Source of the DNA: an uncultured delta proteobacterium
GTDB taxonomy: Bacteria > Desulfobacterota > Binatia > Binatales > Binataceae
Direction: 5' to 3'
Length of the DNA stretch: 64,000 nucleotides
Assembly: GCA_963765675.1 (NCBI GenBank)
Contig: CAVXXK010000001.1
Coordinates: 192,001 to 256,000 of the forward strand
Shown here: positions 29,524-42,214 of the stretch, piece after piece
Numbering within the stretch: position 1 is the stretch's first letter
How the letters are laid out: each line of letters begins with the position of its first letter
Notes under the pieces: generated by a model
The model's input: the letters and a program-made list of their open reading frames with translations, nothing else
What the model was told of the DNA's origin: nothing
Database searches by the model: none
Position numbers and translations under genes: made by a program

Positions 29524-29781
29524 ATGCAGGAAAAAATTGAGATCGGATTCCAGGTGTTCGTCTCCGATGGAGGCGAGGAGTTCGGCGCGGTGCGCGCGGT
29601 CTCGCCCAATGGGCGGCCCGAGCTGGTGATCTTCGTCGAGAATGCCGGCGACTTCACGGTTCCGCTCGCCGCGGTTGAAGCGGTGCATTCGGAGAAAGTC
29701 GTCCTGAGCTGCGCGAAGCTCGACGCGCGCCTGCGCCGCGCAATCGGCCACGCTCACGACGCCGAAAAACCCGGCGCCTGA
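29524..29781 (+). CDS. Small hypothetical protein (PRC-barrel/DUF2171-like)
   Basis: GAGG RBS; IGFQVFVSDGGEEFGAV...VPLAAVEAV pattern. Confidence 0.65.
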   Translation: MQEKIEIGFQVFVSDGGEEFGAVRAVSPNGRPELVIFVENAGDFTVPLAAVEAVHSEKVVLSCAKLDARLRRAIGHAHDAEKPGA

Positions 29782-29969
29782 TCCTTCGAAGGCTGGAGCA
29801 AATACGACAGCCGGGCCTGACTCATTCCAGACTCGACAACGTCAAGTCTCGCTGGCTATCGAGGCGGCGGCAAGGCTCGACCGCGCGATGGCGAGCTACG
29901 CGGGTGCAGACGCGCAGCGCTTCGGCGCGAAGTCGTGAAGCTCGCCGGGGCGTTCGGCGTCAGTTTCCA

Positions 29970-32039
29970 TCACTGAACGCCGGCCTGCGAGAGTATCCAG
30001 CTCGGGACCTGAGACGGCGATGTGACTGGGCCGTTATTTTCTATAGTCAGATTGACGGGGTATGCCGGGATGTAACTGTTTTGGCAAATCTGCGGACCGA
30101 AGAAATCGATCGGATCGAGGAAGTAGTTTCCAGTATAAGTCAGATTCCCTACGGGAAGGCATCCGCCAAAGTCCGAACCGTACGGAACGCCGGTCAAGGC
30201 GCAATACAGAGGAATCGAGGACCCGGTAAAGCAGGGACCGAAATCAGCTATGCCCACCGGATCATTGAGTGACACATTCTGCTGAAGGGTCACGTATTGG
30301 CTGCCGCCATCAGTGTAATATATGTTGCTACCTCCGAGCGGCCGTTTATTTTCGGCGACGTTCAACTTGATCAACAAGCCATCGGCAAAATCCGGTCCCT
30401 GCGAACCGTTGGTATAGATTGCGCCACAATCCCATAGTTGTTCGGCGAAATACTCGAACTTGTTACTGCTGATTTCGTTGTTGCTGACGATCGTCGGAGT
30501 ATCGTATTCGCCCCACATTCCCGGGACGGCGGTCGGTACTCCCGGAAAACTTGGATCGTCGAGTAATCCCCATCCCCAGCCGATCGCGAGGCTGCTCCAC
30601 GGAGTGTGCATGACCGTGTTATGCGTAACCAGCGTGCCGGTAGTAAAAGCGATAAATATTCCCGCGGAGTCGTAGTAATCCTGGCCGGTGTAGGACACAG
30701 TATTGTTCTGGACCAGGTTGTTACTGGTCTTTTGTTCGCTGTTCGGTCGCGCATCTATTGGAGAGAGTCCTCCGACCTGGAGCGCCGTCGAGGATATGTC
30801 GGTGAAAGTGTTGTTGATTATCTTATTATCCTGGCTGCCGGTATCCAAATCGAGAGCCACTCCGCCCAAATGGCTGAAAGTATTTCCGGTAAACGTAATA
30901 TTGTGCGCGTATTGAAGGGTTACGTTGCCCAGCGTCTTATAAGTAATCTGCTGATGGCCGATAGTATTTGGCAGATAACCGTCACCCATCAATATGTAGC
31001 TGCTCTGATCGGTTACATAGCCGTTGTTGGTATTAGGCTCCAGCCACGTGGCATAAGAGAATTGCAGACCCTGAAAGGTTATGTTCGATACTGGGCTGCC
31101 CGGCGTTCCCTCCACTTCGACCAGATTCTCCAATACTGGCAAGACCGCGTTCTCGGGATTGCCATTGCTGGTATTGTAATAAGTTAACTGCTGACTGTAA
31201 GGATCGAGATACCACATGTTGGGTACGGTCACGAATTCCGGGGCGTTTTCCAGCCAGCTCAGAAGCTGAAAGTTCACCGGACTCGCGTACGTATTGGCGT
31301 TGGTCCAACATGGAGTTTGCATGACGAGCGTGGTTCCGGTCAGACTCGCGACAGGGCATCGCATCATTTTCCATTGCGTGGTCGTAACCGCCTCCATCAG
31401 CTCAGGATGGGTAAAAGACTCAGGCGTTATTTGCGTATAGCCAGTCGGTACGCGAGTGTAATTGAGATTGACCGCCGTGCCATAATTCGAGCGCGCACGA
31501 ATCGCGCGCTGGCCGTTTACATAGAACTGGCGAGGCATCTCTCCGGCCGGCAGGCCGGTCACCCCGCTGGTACAGATGTCGGCGCCGGTGCAGGTGAAAT
31601 CAGTCACAGGAACGCCGCCGGAAATAATCGCCGGGGAGCTGTTACCGGCTGCGGCGCGGTATACTACTTGAGCGTGTGGAGCGCCGGAGTCGGAAGAATC
31701 GAACACCAGTGGCGCCGTCAATGCGTAGGTACCTGACTCTATGTTAACATTGATCGTGCATTTGCCTCTGCGTTTGTCCTGCTGCACCACTTGTCGAGCA
31801 TGGTCGAGGGTCAGAAATGGATCCCCGATGCCACCGCTTGCGCTGTCGCTGCCGCTGGTGGAAACCCAGTAGTCCTGGCTGCATGCGGAATTGGCGCCGG
31901 AGTTGGAGTTCCCCGAGCCACCACCGCAGCCACCAATCAAAAGCAAGAGCGAAAGAATACCTAGACTTGCAGAGATTCTGGAAAATCCATTACGTAGCAC
32001 GTTGTGATGATTGACTCTCTCAAATACTGCTTCAGGCAT
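29970..32039 (-). CDS. Secreted lipoprotein with right-handed parallel beta-helix (putative glycoside hydrolase/lyase)
   Basis: Hydrophobic segment + GGC lipobox; VSTSGSDSASG..PFLTL, GTY, Asn-rich beta-helix repeats, DCGAIY. Confidence 0.75.
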   Translation of the reverse strand: MPEAVFERVNHHNVLRNGFSRISASLGILSLLLLIGGCGGGSGNSNSGANSACSQDYWVSTSGSDSASGGIGDPFLTLDHARQVVQQDKRRGKCTINVNIESGTYALTAPLVFDSSDSGAPHAQVVYRAAAGNSSPAIISGGVPVTDFTCTGADICTSGVTGLPAGEMPRQFYVNGQRAIRARSNYGTAVNLNYTRVPTGYTQITPESFTHPELMEAVTTTQWKMMRCPVASLTGTTLVMQTPCWTNANTYASPVNFQLLSWLENAPEFVTVPNMWYLDPYSQQLTYYNTSNGNPENAVLPVLENLVEVEGTPGSPVSNITFQGLQFSYATWLEPNTNNGYVTDQSSYILMGDGYLPNTIGHQQITYKTLGNVTLQYAHNITFTGNTFSHLGGVALDLDTGSQDNKIINNTFTDISSTALQVGGLSPIDARPNSEQKTSNNLVQNNTVSYTGQDYYDSAGIFIAFTTGTLVTHNTVMHTPWSSLAIGWGWGLLDDPSFPGVPTAVPGMWGEYDTPTIVSNNEISSNKFEYFAEQLWDCGAIYTNGSQGPDFADGLLIKLNVAENKRPLGGSNIYYTDGGSQYVTLQQNVSLNDPVGIADFGPCFTGSSIPLYCALTGVPYGSDFGGCLPVGNLTYTGNYFLDPIDFFGPQICQNSYIPAYPVNLTIENNGPVTSPSQVPSWILSQAGVQ

Positions 32040-32221
32040 GGAACAGCTTTATATTGCAGTCTGTTCCCGTGCGCAAGATAGTCTCGCTGGTTTCAGTGCT
32101 GTTTTCTTTCGCTCTCGAGGCGCGATCAACAGTGAATTAACCCCGTCGTGAAGTTTTGCGAGGATATGATTGGCGGTAGCGCGCGATACCGGTTTGAGAT
32201 GGTCATTGATTGTACTTGGTT

Positions 32222-33238
32222 TCAGGTCTTATAGAACGTATTTGAAATCGCGTCGCGGTACTCGGCGATTCGCTTTGCAGGCAGAAAATTCTGCGGTGCG
32301 GAAAGGGTCATTGAGTCGGCGTGCTGCCACAACTGAGCGACGCGTTCGCGCGCCTCGTCGGGTGTGCCGGCAATCGCGAAGGTAGTAACCATTTCGTCGG
32401 GTACCGCTCGCAGCATCGCAGGCAAGTCCTTTTGCGCAGCCGCCTCGACTACTGCACGAGCCTGCGCGCCGAAGCCATGCGCAGCGAAATACTTCTCGTA
32501 CTGCGCGATACTTGAATAGAATGCGACGGTGCCGCGCATGTCATCGATTGCCTGTTTGCGATCGTTTGCGACCGCCACATAGTTCCATAGATTCACATGG
32601 AACTTCTCGCGCGCTCGCCCTGCAATCTCAAGCTCCGTGTGAAGCGTCTTCGTCTGCTCGGCGATCCACTTGAGCGACCACACAGGATGGCCGAGCAATC
32701 CGTCCGCAATTTTTGCGGCGAGGACGACCGTGGGTTGAAACAAGGCAGGAAGGTAAATGGGTATCGTCGCTCGCACCGGCCGGCGTCCGGTATTGAATCC
32801 CGCGAGGTCGAGCTGGTGGTAGGTTCCATCGACCCGGCCGAGATTGCCTTGATGTCCACCTTCGATAATCGCGCGAACAGTCACGACGACTTCGCGCAGA
32901 TGCTCGACTGGCTTTCCATAGACCACGCCGTGCATCCGCTCATTGAACAAGCGAACGCTGGTGCCAAGTCCGAGCACCATCCTCCCGCCGCTGATTCGAT
33001 CGAGATCGAGTGCGTTGAGCGCCGTCTCCATCGGACTGCGCGAGAAGGCCAGCGCGATTCCAGTGCCAATCTTCAGACGGCTGCTCGCCATCGCAGCCGC
33101 GGCCAGAGTTGCGAAGGGCGGGCTATGAAGTTGGGGAGCCCATACTCCATAGATTCCCAGGTCCTCGAACCGTCGCATCAGGTCGGTCATTTCTGCGGCC
33201 GGCATCGCCTGAACGATTTCCCAGTAGTATTGTTTCAC
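32222..33238 (-). CDS. LLM class flavin-dependent oxidoreductase
   Basis: IGTGIALAFSRSP, LDRISGGRMVLGLG, ADGLLGHP, IAGTPDE. Confidence 0.9.
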   Translation of the reverse strand: MKQYYWEIVQAMPAAEMTDLMRRFEDLGIYGVWAPQLHSPPFATLAAAAMASSRLKIGTGIALAFSRSPMETALNALDLDRISGGRMVLGLGTSVRLFNERMHGVVYGKPVEHLREVVVTVRAIIEGGHQGNLGRVDGTYHQLDLAGFNTGRRPVRATIPIYLPALFQPTVVLAAKIADGLLGHPVWSLKWIAEQTKTLHTELEIAGRAREKFHVNLWNYVAVANDRKQAIDDMRGTVAFYSSIAQYEKYFAAHGFGAQARAVVEAAAQKDLPAMLRAVPDEMVTTFAIAGTPDEARERVAQLWQHADSMTLSAPQNFLPAKRIAEYRDAISNTFYKT

Positions 33239-33531
33239 AGTTTATCTCCTCTGCGGATCGCGTTGGTCGATTCGGGCGCGGCGCGAATCCCTTAGGGACA
33301 CGTCCAGGCATTCACGGGATGCGCGGACGAAAGACTAATGCGCCCCGCCAAAGCAATTCAAGCGCTCGGCTCAGTGTTCGGAGCGCCCGCACTTTCGGTC
33401 ACAGTTTCGGAGCAGACCAACTGATGCCGGCAGGTTACTTTACGGCAGCGGAATTAGAACAAAAACGCAATTGGCTATTTGCGAAACTGTCTTCGAAATA
33501 GCCAATTGCTATAAATCGGCCAGAGTTGGTG

Positions 33532-33663
33532 TTAGCGGCGATAATGCCAGTCCTGATGATGATGATACCAGTATGGGGAAGGTCCCATGAAGCATCCTGC
33601 GGCGGCCGTCATCGCGAATAGGATCGCAGCAGCTTGAATCAGCGCTAATATTCTCCTTTTCAT
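33532..33663 (-). CDS. Predicted 43-aa lipoprotein micro-protein (not in ORF track)
   Basis: MKRRILALIQAAAILFAMTAAAG-C-FMGPSPYWYHHHQDWHYRR; GAGGTG RBS; sigma54 motif directly upstream. Confidence 0.7.
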   Translation of the reverse strand: MKRRILALIQAAAILFAMTAAAGCFMGPSPYWYHHHQDWHYRR

Positions 33664-33691
33664 GATCATTCACCTCACAGCTCTCTAAGGG

Positions 33692-33707
33692 TGCATAGGG
33701 AGTGCCA
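33692..33707 (-). promoter_or_regulatory. sigma54 -24/-12 promoter motif
   Basis: TGGCAC-TCCCT-ATGCA on the minus strand, GG-N10-GC. Confidence 0.65.
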
Positions 33708-33934
33708 GCAGAATTGCCCATGAATTGCGGGCAGATCGCCCCGCGCAGGTGCGCGTGTACCCGGATTGAGATGAGATGTACTGATTAGATCGTTACGCCG
33801 ACCGTGCGATCCTTAATGATCTGTAATATTGATTTAGAAGCGTGGCTCAGAAATCAGGCCGCGCGCAATCTGCGCGCGGCCTGAAGACAAAGCCGGAAGC
33901 GCTAGCGATGTTTCGGACCCGATTGCGCAAACCG

Positions 33935-35770
<1,836 letters not shown>

Positions 35771-35937
35771 CGTGCAAACTCCGTGGCTACGGCGGAATTT
35801 CTGGTTCGATCACGTCGCATACTGCAATCCGCCTTAAAATGCTCGTATCGTACCTACGAGATTTATCAAAAATCGGCAAGGGAAGTTACTGAAGCGAATA
35901 TCGTGCGACTACGATTCGAACTTTCGCAGCCTCGCGT

Positions 35938-36948
35938 CTAGCGCGTGATGATACTGGCAGTTCGAGTCTCAGTATCATCTTCGGAAATATCGGATGCTCC
36001 GACTTCCGGAGATTGCTCTCGTGGCGGGCGGCGCTTGAGCGCGGTGGTCCCCAGCAGGCGCGGCATCTCTTCCTGGCAGGTTCTGAGGAAGTTGCGGCGC
36101 ATGCCGGTCAGCTCGGCGCCGTGATGATACGCCATGCACCACTGGCGAAAGACGCCCGCCGGTCCAAGCGGGACCGCGCACAGCTCGCCACGCTCGATTT
36201 CTCCGCGCACCGACCATCGCGGCGCCACCGTGATGCCGTGGCCGCCAATCGCCAATCGTTTGGCCAGATCGAGATCGTCGGTCTCGACCGTGATTTCGGG
36301 AAAGACTCCTGCTTCGATCAAAAAAGCGTCCCACGCCGCCCACAGTTGATTGCCGGGATTCGGGACAATCAGCGGTTGTCCTTGCAGGTCCTTCGCGGAG
36401 AGTCGCTCGCGCCGCGCGAGATCATGTTGCGGAGCGACGATTGCGAGCAGCTCGTCGCGTCCCAACTGCACCATTCCAAGCGACTGCTGCCGTATGGGAA
36501 ATGGAAGCAGCGCGAGATCGAGCTCGCGATGAGCCAGCCGCGCCACCATCGAATCAGGATCCGCGGTCACGACCGACAACGCGATCGCGGGAAAGCGGAG
36601 ATGAAATGCGCCCAGCACTTCCGGAAGCAACGAGTGGCAAAACAGCGCGGGCGCTCCGATTGAAAGATGCCCCGCGGCGCTGTTCGATCGCTCGGCCAGC
36701 ATCGCGCGAACCCGATCGAGGTTGTCGAGCACTTGACGGGCGCATTGCAGAAAGATTTCGCCGGCGGTCGTCAGGCCGACAAATTTGTTGGAGCGCTTCA
36801 GGAGCTGCACGCCGAGGCCGCGTTCCAGCACGCTCACCTGCTGGCTCACCGAGGATTGAGTCAGTCCGAGTTTTTTCGCCGCGCCGGTGAAACTCCGCAT
36901 ATCGGCGACCGCGCGCAGCGTTCTCAGCAAACGAATATCCAGTTCCAT
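35938..36948 (-). CDS. LysR family transcriptional regulator
   Basis: SFTGAAKKLGLTQSSVSQQVSVLE, LTTAGE; divergent from the nas operon. Confidence 0.93.
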   Translation of the reverse strand: MELDIRLLRTLRAVADMRSFTGAAKKLGLTQSSVSQQVSVLERGLGVQLLKRSNKFVGLTTAGEIFLQCARQVLDNLDRVRAMLAERSNSAAGHLSIGAPALFCHSLLPEVLGAFHLRFPAIALSVVTADPDSMVARLAHRELDLALLPFPIRQQSLGMVQLGRDELLAIVAPQHDLARRERLSAKDLQGQPLIVPNPGNQLWAAWDAFLIEAGVFPEITVETDDLDLAKRLAIGGHGITVAPRWSVRGEIERGELCAVPLGPAGVFRQWCMAYHHGAELTGMRRNFLRTCQEEMPRLLGTTALKRRPPREQSPEVGASDISEDDTETRTASIITR

Positions 36949-37118
36949 CGGCTGCACAAATCTTCTCGATTGCATCGGACGATAGCGCGCGCGCTTCTCC
37001 GTTGCTGATCAAAACTTAGGCGCTTGTGCTGTCGGAAGCGGCACACGCGCTCTCGTCAAAATCCCTATGCGGATCGCATTCGCCTGAATGCCGCCCGTAA
37101 TCGATGAAATCCTCGCGG

Positions 37119-37133
37119 TGGCATAGGGCTTGC
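37119..37133 (+). promoter_or_regulatory. sigma54 -24/-12 promoter of the nitrate assimilation operon
   Basis: TGGCAT-AGGGC-TTGC. Confidence 0.75.
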
Positions 37134-37221
37134 CGTGATCACTCTGCAAAAGCGCGGCCAGATCGATGCGTCCGCGCGAATGAAAGCGATTAGCGGCCGT
37201 GATTATCGAAGCGAGCATCAA

Positions 37222-39342
37222 GTGACGCAGCAGCCTACCGCGACTCATTGTCCATATTGCGCTTTGCAGTGCGGCATGAATCTGACGAACGACCACGGCG
37301 CCGTTTCGGTTTCACCGCGCGAGTTCCCGACCAACAAGGGCGGCCTGTGCCAGAAGGGATGGACCTCGGCCGAGCTGCTGTCGAATCCGGAGCGGCTGAC
37401 CTCTCCGATGCTGCGGGATCGACGCACGGAGAAGCTGCGGCCCGGGTCGTGGAACGAGGCGCTCGATCGAATCGCGACGCAATTGACGCGTGGACAGCAG
37501 CGATACGGGCGCGACGCGATCGGCGTGTTCGGCGGAGGCGCGCTTACCAACGAGAAAGCGTACCTCCTCGGCAAGTTCGCCAGAGTCGCGCTCAGAACCA
37601 GCAATATCGATTACAACGGCCGCTTCTGCATGTCGTCGGCGGCGGTGGCTGGACGAAAAGCTTTCGGAATCGATCGCGGGCTGCCCTTCCCGCTCGAAGA
37701 TATTCCGCGAGCCGAAGTGATTTTGCTGGTGGGCGCGAACGTCGCGGAGACGATGCCGCCGATCATGCAGTACTTCGAGGAGCAACGCCGCCGCGGTGGC
37801 CGCCTTATCGTCGCCGATCCGCGCGCAACGCAGACCGCGCGCGCGGCGACGCTGCATCTGCAATTGACGCCAGGTTCCGACGCGGCCCTCGCCAACGGAT
37901 TGCTCCATATCGCGACGACGCAGGGTCTGCTCGATTCCGATTTTATCGCGGATCGGACGGCGGGCTACGAAACGGTGCGAAGAGTTGCCGCATCCTACTG
38001 GCCGGAACGCGTCGAACGGTTGACAGGAGTGCCGGTGGCTCGACTGCACGAGGCTGCGTGCATGCTCGGACGCGCCGGCACCGCGATGATTCTGACTGCT
38101 CGCGGCGCGGAACAGCAAAGCACGTCAGTCGATAACCTGCTGGCGTTCATCAACCTGGCGCTCGCTCTCGGCAAGTCGGGCAAACCCTTCTGCGGTTACG
38201 GATGCCTGACCGGGCAAGGAAATGGACAGGGCGGACGCGAGCACGGGCAGAAGTCCGATCAACTTCCCGGCTATCGGCGTATCGATGATCCCGCCGACCG
38301 CGCGTATATCGCGCAGGTATGGAACGTCGCGCCCGAGACGCTGCCCGGTGCGGGCCGTTCCGCCTATGAGATGCTCGACACGCTCGGCGCGGACGACGGC
38401 GTGCGCGCGCTGCTCGTGATGGGCTCGAATATCGTGGTGTCAGCGCCGAACGCGGGACACATCGAGAAAAAACTCGCGGCGCTCGACTTCCTGGCGGTGG
38501 CCGATTTCTTCCTCTCCGACACCGCGAAGCTGGCCGACGTGGTTTTGCCGACGACGCAATGGGCGGAAGAAGAAGGCACGATGACGAATCTCGAGGGGCG
38601 CGTTCTCTTGCGCCGCCGCGCGGTCGAGCCGCCCGCCGGGGCTCGCTCCGATCTCGAAATTCTCGCGGGCCTCGCCGAGCGACTCGGATACAAGAATGCG
38701 TTCCCGAGCGAGCCGCGCGCCGTTTTCGACGAGCTGCGCCGCGCGAGCGCCGGAGGCGTCGCGGATTACTCCGGCATCATCTATGAAAAGATCGCGCGCG
38801 AAAACGGCGTGTTCTGGCCATGCACCGACATTGATCATCCGGGCACGCCCCGGATGTTTCTCGATTCCTTCGCAACTCCCGACGGCCGCGCGCGGTTTCA
38901 TCCGGTCGAGTATCGCGGACCCGCCGAGCAGCCCGACGACGACTATCCGATGTATCTGACCACGGGCCGCGTGATGGCGCATTACCAGTCCGGCACGCAA
39001 ACCCGGCGCGTCGCGGCGCTGCGCAAGGCTCAACCCGAAGCGTTCGTCGAGATCCATCCGGCGATGGCGAAAAATTTCGGCATCGCGGAAAACGACGCCG
39101 TACGGCTGACGACGCGCCGTGGAAGCGCGGTGATGAAGGCGCGGCTGAGCTCCGCGATCAGGATGGACACGCTGTTCGCGCCGTTTCATTGGGGCGGCGC
39201 CGGACGGGTCAATCTTCTGACTAATCCCGCGCTCGATCCGGTTTCGAAGATGCCCGAATTCAAGGTCTGCGCAGTTCGTATCGACAAGGTCATCGAGGAT
39301 CGCTCCGCGGCGGAGCTGGAAATACCCATCATTGGCAATTGA
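37222..39342 (+). CDS. nasA: Assimilatory nitrate reductase catalytic subunit (molybdopterin oxidoreductase)
   Basis: THCPYCALQCG, LCQKG, IDYNGRFCMSS, GQGNGQGGRE, LTTGR, DPVSKMPEFK; start uncertain. Confidence 0.88.
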   Translation: MTQQPTATHCPYCALQCGMNLTNDHGAVSVSPREFPTNKGGLCQKGWTSAELLSNPERLTSPMLRDRRTEKLRPGSWNEALDRIATQLTRGQQRYGRDAIGVFGGGALTNEKAYLLGKFARVALRTSNIDYNGRFCMSSAAVAGRKAFGIDRGLPFPLEDIPRAEVILLVGANVAETMPPIMQYFEEQRRRGGRLIVADPRATQTARAATLHLQLTPGSDAALANGLLHIATTQGLLDSDFIADRTAGYETVRRVAASYWPERVERLTGVPVARLHEAACMLGRAGTAMILTARGAEQQSTSVDNLLAFINLALALGKSGKPFCGYGCLTGQGNGQGGREHGQKSDQLPGYRRIDDPADRAYIAQVWNVAPETLPGAGRSAYEMLDTLGADDGVRALLVMGSNIVVSAPNAGHIEKKLAALDFLAVADFFLSDTAKLADVVLPTTQWAEEEGTMTNLEGRVLLRRRAVEPPAGARSDLEILAGLAERLGYKNAFPSEPRAVFDELRRASAGGVADYSGIIYEKIARENGVFWPCTDIDHPGTPRMFLDSFATPDGRARFHPVEYRGPAEQPDDDYPMYLTTGRVMAHYQSGTQTRRVAALRKAQPEAFVEIHPAMAKNFGIAENDAVRLTTRRGSAVMKARLSSAIRMDTLFAPFHWGGAGRVNLLTNPALDPVSKMPEFKVCAVRIDKVIEDRSAAELEIPIIGN

Positions 39343-39360
39343 GAGGAGACGTTTTCAGAA

Positions 39361-41838
39361 ATGGGATCACCTGAATCGATCAAAAAGAAGCTGATCGTAA
39401 TCGGCAACGGGATGGCGGGCGCGCGCACGGTCGAGGAGATTCTCGCTCGCGGCGGCGCCGAGCAGTTCGAGATCACGGTCTTTGGCGACGAGCCGTACGG
39501 CAACTACAACCGCATCCTGCTGTCGAACGTGCTCAACGGATCGCAGGATTCTTCGGAAATCTTCCTGAACGGCCTTGGCTGGTACCAGGAGAATGGAATC
39601 ACGCTACGCGCCGGCGTTCGGGTGGACGTGATCGCGCGCCCGCATAAGGCGATCCACTGCGACGACGGCAACTGGTACCCGTACGACAAGCTTCTCATCG
39701 CGACCGGCAGCCGCCCGTCGATTCCGCCGATCGCGGCGTTAAGAAAACCCAACGGCGAATTTCGGCCCGGCGTCTTCGTGTTCCGCACGCTCGACGATTG
39801 CCGCAAGATCGCCGAGTACGCCGCAAAATGCCGCCGCGCGGCGGTTATCGGCGGAGGTCTGCTCGGCCTCGAAGCCGCGCGCGGCCTGATCAATCACGGC
39901 GTCGAGGTCCACGTGATCCATCTCCTGGGTCATCTGATGGAGCAGCAGCTCGATCCGCAAGCGGGCGCAATCCTGAAACACACTATCGAGGCGATGGACA
40001 TCAACGTCCATCTGAAGAAGCTCACCAAGGCCGCGCTCGGCGACAACGAAGTCACCGGACTCGCGTTCGAAGACGGCTCGACCCTCGAGTGCGACATGAT
40101 CGTGATCGCAACCGGCATCACGCCCAACTCCGAAATGGGCTCGCGATGGGGCCTTACGACGGAGCGGGGAATCGTCGTCGATGATCAGTTGCGCACCTCC
40201 GATCCGGACATCTACGCCGTCGGCGAGTGCGCGCAGCATCGCGGCCGCGTTTACGGCCTGGTGGCGCCGCTATGGGAACAGGCGAAAGTTCTCGCGGACC
40301 ATATCACCGGCGCGGATTGCGACGCGGCGTACGAGGGCTCGAAGATCGCAACCAAGCTCAAGGTGATGGGCGTCGAGCTCGCCTCGATGGGCGTGATCGC
40401 GGAAGACGGCGAGCACGAGGACGTCGTCCAGTTCCTGGAGCCCAAGCGCGGCGTCTACAAAAAACTCATCATCCGCGACGGCCGCCTGGTCGGCGGAATC
40501 CTGATGGGCGATATCAGCAAGGCCGCCTACCTGATGCAGGCGTTCGATCGCGGAATCCGCCTGCCGGAAGAGCGGCTCTCGCTGCTGTTCGATACTGGAG
40601 CGCCGAGCGCTCGGGTGACCTTCGACGAGATGCCCGACAACGTCCAGATTTGCAACTGCAACGGCGTCAGCAAGGGCGCGATCATGCGGTGCGTCGCCAG
40701 CGGAAAGCGGAGCCTTAAGTCCGTGACGGAGACGACGCGCGCGGGGACGGGATGCGGCTCCTGCAAGGCGATCGTCGGCGAGCTGGTCGAATGGTCCTGC
40801 AACGGGCAGGTCGAGGAAGACCCTTCGATGCATTATTATGTGCCCGCAATCCCGCTTGCGAAGCCTGATCTGGTCGAAGCCATCCGCGAGCAAAATCTCA
40901 GATCGGTTTCCGCCGTCTTTGACGCGCTCGCGGACGGCAAAGACGATCCCGCGAGCAAGCCCGGGCTCGCATCGCTGCTGCGAACAATCTGGAGCGACGA
41001 GTACGAAGACGAACGCGACGCGAGATTCGTCAACGATCGCGTCCACGCCAATATCCAGAACGACGGCACCTTCTCCGTTATCCCGCGCATCTACGGCGGC
41101 GTGACCTCGGCCGCTGAGCTCCGGCGAATCGCCGATGTGGCCGAGAAATATCAGGCGCGGATGGTGAAGATCACCGGCGGCCAGCGAATCGATCTGCTCG
41201 GCCTCAAGAAAAGCGATCTGCCCGCCATCTGGAGCGACCTTGGGATGCCGAGCGGCCACGCGTACACCAAGGCTTTTCGTACCTGCAAGACCTGCGTCGG
41301 CACCGAGTTCTGCCGTTACGGCGTCGGAGATTCGACCACGCTCGGCATCAAGATCGAAAAGCGATTTCAGGGGATCGAATCGCCGCACAAGATGAAGCTC
41401 GCGGCGAGCGGATGCCCGCGCAACTGCGCCGAAGCGACCGTCAAGGATCTCGGCGCGGTGGCCGTCGAGAATGGATGGCAGATCTATGTCGGCGGCGCGG
41501 CAGGCGCCACGGTGCGCGCCGCCGATCTGCTCGCAACCGTGAAAACTCACGACGAGGTCCTGACCCTGATGGGCCGGTTCATCCAGTACTACCGCGAGAA
41601 CGCGCGCTACGGTGAACGAAGCTACGGCTTCGTCGCGCGAGTCGGAATCGAGCGTCTCAAATCGATTCTAATCGACGACAGCGAAGGAGAAGCCGCGCGG
41701 CTCGATCGCGAAATCGAAGCCGCGGTCGCCGCTTATCGCGATCCATGGACTGAGGGGCGCCATCCGCACGAGCCAACCCAGTTCGCGGACGCCGCGCCGA
41801 TCCAGAGTGAAAATGAAGCGGCAGGAGCGGCATTCTGA
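39361..41838 (+). CDS. nirB: NADH-dependent nitrite reductase large subunit
   Basis: GNGMAG, GGGLLGLEAA, CNCNGVSK, GTGCGSC, ANIQNDGT, CVGTEFC, GCPRNC. Confidence 0.95.
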   Translation: MGSPESIKKKLIVIGNGMAGARTVEEILARGGAEQFEITVFGDEPYGNYNRILLSNVLNGSQDSSEIFLNGLGWYQENGITLRAGVRVDVIARPHKAIHCDDGNWYPYDKLLIATGSRPSIPPIAALRKPNGEFRPGVFVFRTLDDCRKIAEYAAKCRRAAVIGGGLLGLEAARGLINHGVEVHVIHLLGHLMEQQLDPQAGAILKHTIEAMDINVHLKKLTKAALGDNEVTGLAFEDGSTLECDMIVIATGITPNSEMGSRWGLTTERGIVVDDQLRTSDPDIYAVGECAQHRGRVYGLVAPLWEQAKVLADHITGADCDAAYEGSKIATKLKVMGVELASMGVIAEDGEHEDVVQFLEPKRGVYKKLIIRDGRLVGGILMGDISKAAYLMQAFDRGIRLPEERLSLLFDTGAPSARVTFDEMPDNVQICNCNGVSKGAIMRCVASGKRSLKSVTETTRAGTGCGSCKAIVGELVEWSCNGQVEEDPSMHYYVPAIPLAKPDLVEAIREQNLRSVSAVFDALADGKDDPASKPGLASLLRTIWSDEYEDERDARFVNDRVHANIQNDGTFSVIPRIYGGVTSAAELRRIADVAEKYQARMVKITGGQRIDLLGLKKSDLPAIWSDLGMPSGHAYTKAFRTCKTCVGTEFCRYGVGDSTTLGIKIEKRFQGIESPHKMKLAASGCPRNCAEATVKDLGAVAVENGWQIYVGGAAGATVRAADLLATVKTHDEVLTLMGRFIQYYRENARYGERSYGFVARVGIERLKSILIDDSEGEAARLDREIEAAVAAYRDPWTEGRHPHEPTQFADAAPIQSENEAAGAAF

Positions 41839-42209
41839 TGCTCTCCGCAAGCTCATCGATGATGCCGACTAAGGATTGGGTGTTCGTGGCAGGCGTGGGT
41901 CAGGTCGCGCTCGGGCAGGGGCGATGCTTCCTCGTCGGCACGCGCAAGATCGCGATCTTCCGATTGCGCAACGGCGAGGTCTACGCACTCGACGCGGTTT
42001 GTCCGCATCGCGACGGCCCGCTCGCCGACGGAGTGGTCGGCCACAACACGGTGGTCTGCCCCTTCCACGGCTACAAGTTCTCGCTGACGGACGGACGCGG
42101 CCTCGACAACGATTTCGCCGTCGGCAGTTACCCGGTCGAGCTACGCGGCGGGATGCTTTACATCCGGCTCCCGCGCGATCGGCTTGAGACGGCGGCGCGC
42201 ATCGCATGA
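41838..42209 (+). CDS. nirD: Nitrite reductase small subunit (Rieske)
   Basis: CPHRDGPL...CPFHG; translationally coupled to nirB. Confidence 0.85.
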   Translation: MLSASSSMMPTKDWVFVAGVGQVALGQGRCFLVGTRKIAIFRLRNGEVYALDAVCPHRDGPLADGVVGHNTVVCPFHGYKFSLTDGRGLDNDFAVGSYPVELRGGMLYIRLPRDRLETAARIA

Positions 42210-42214
42210 GAGGC

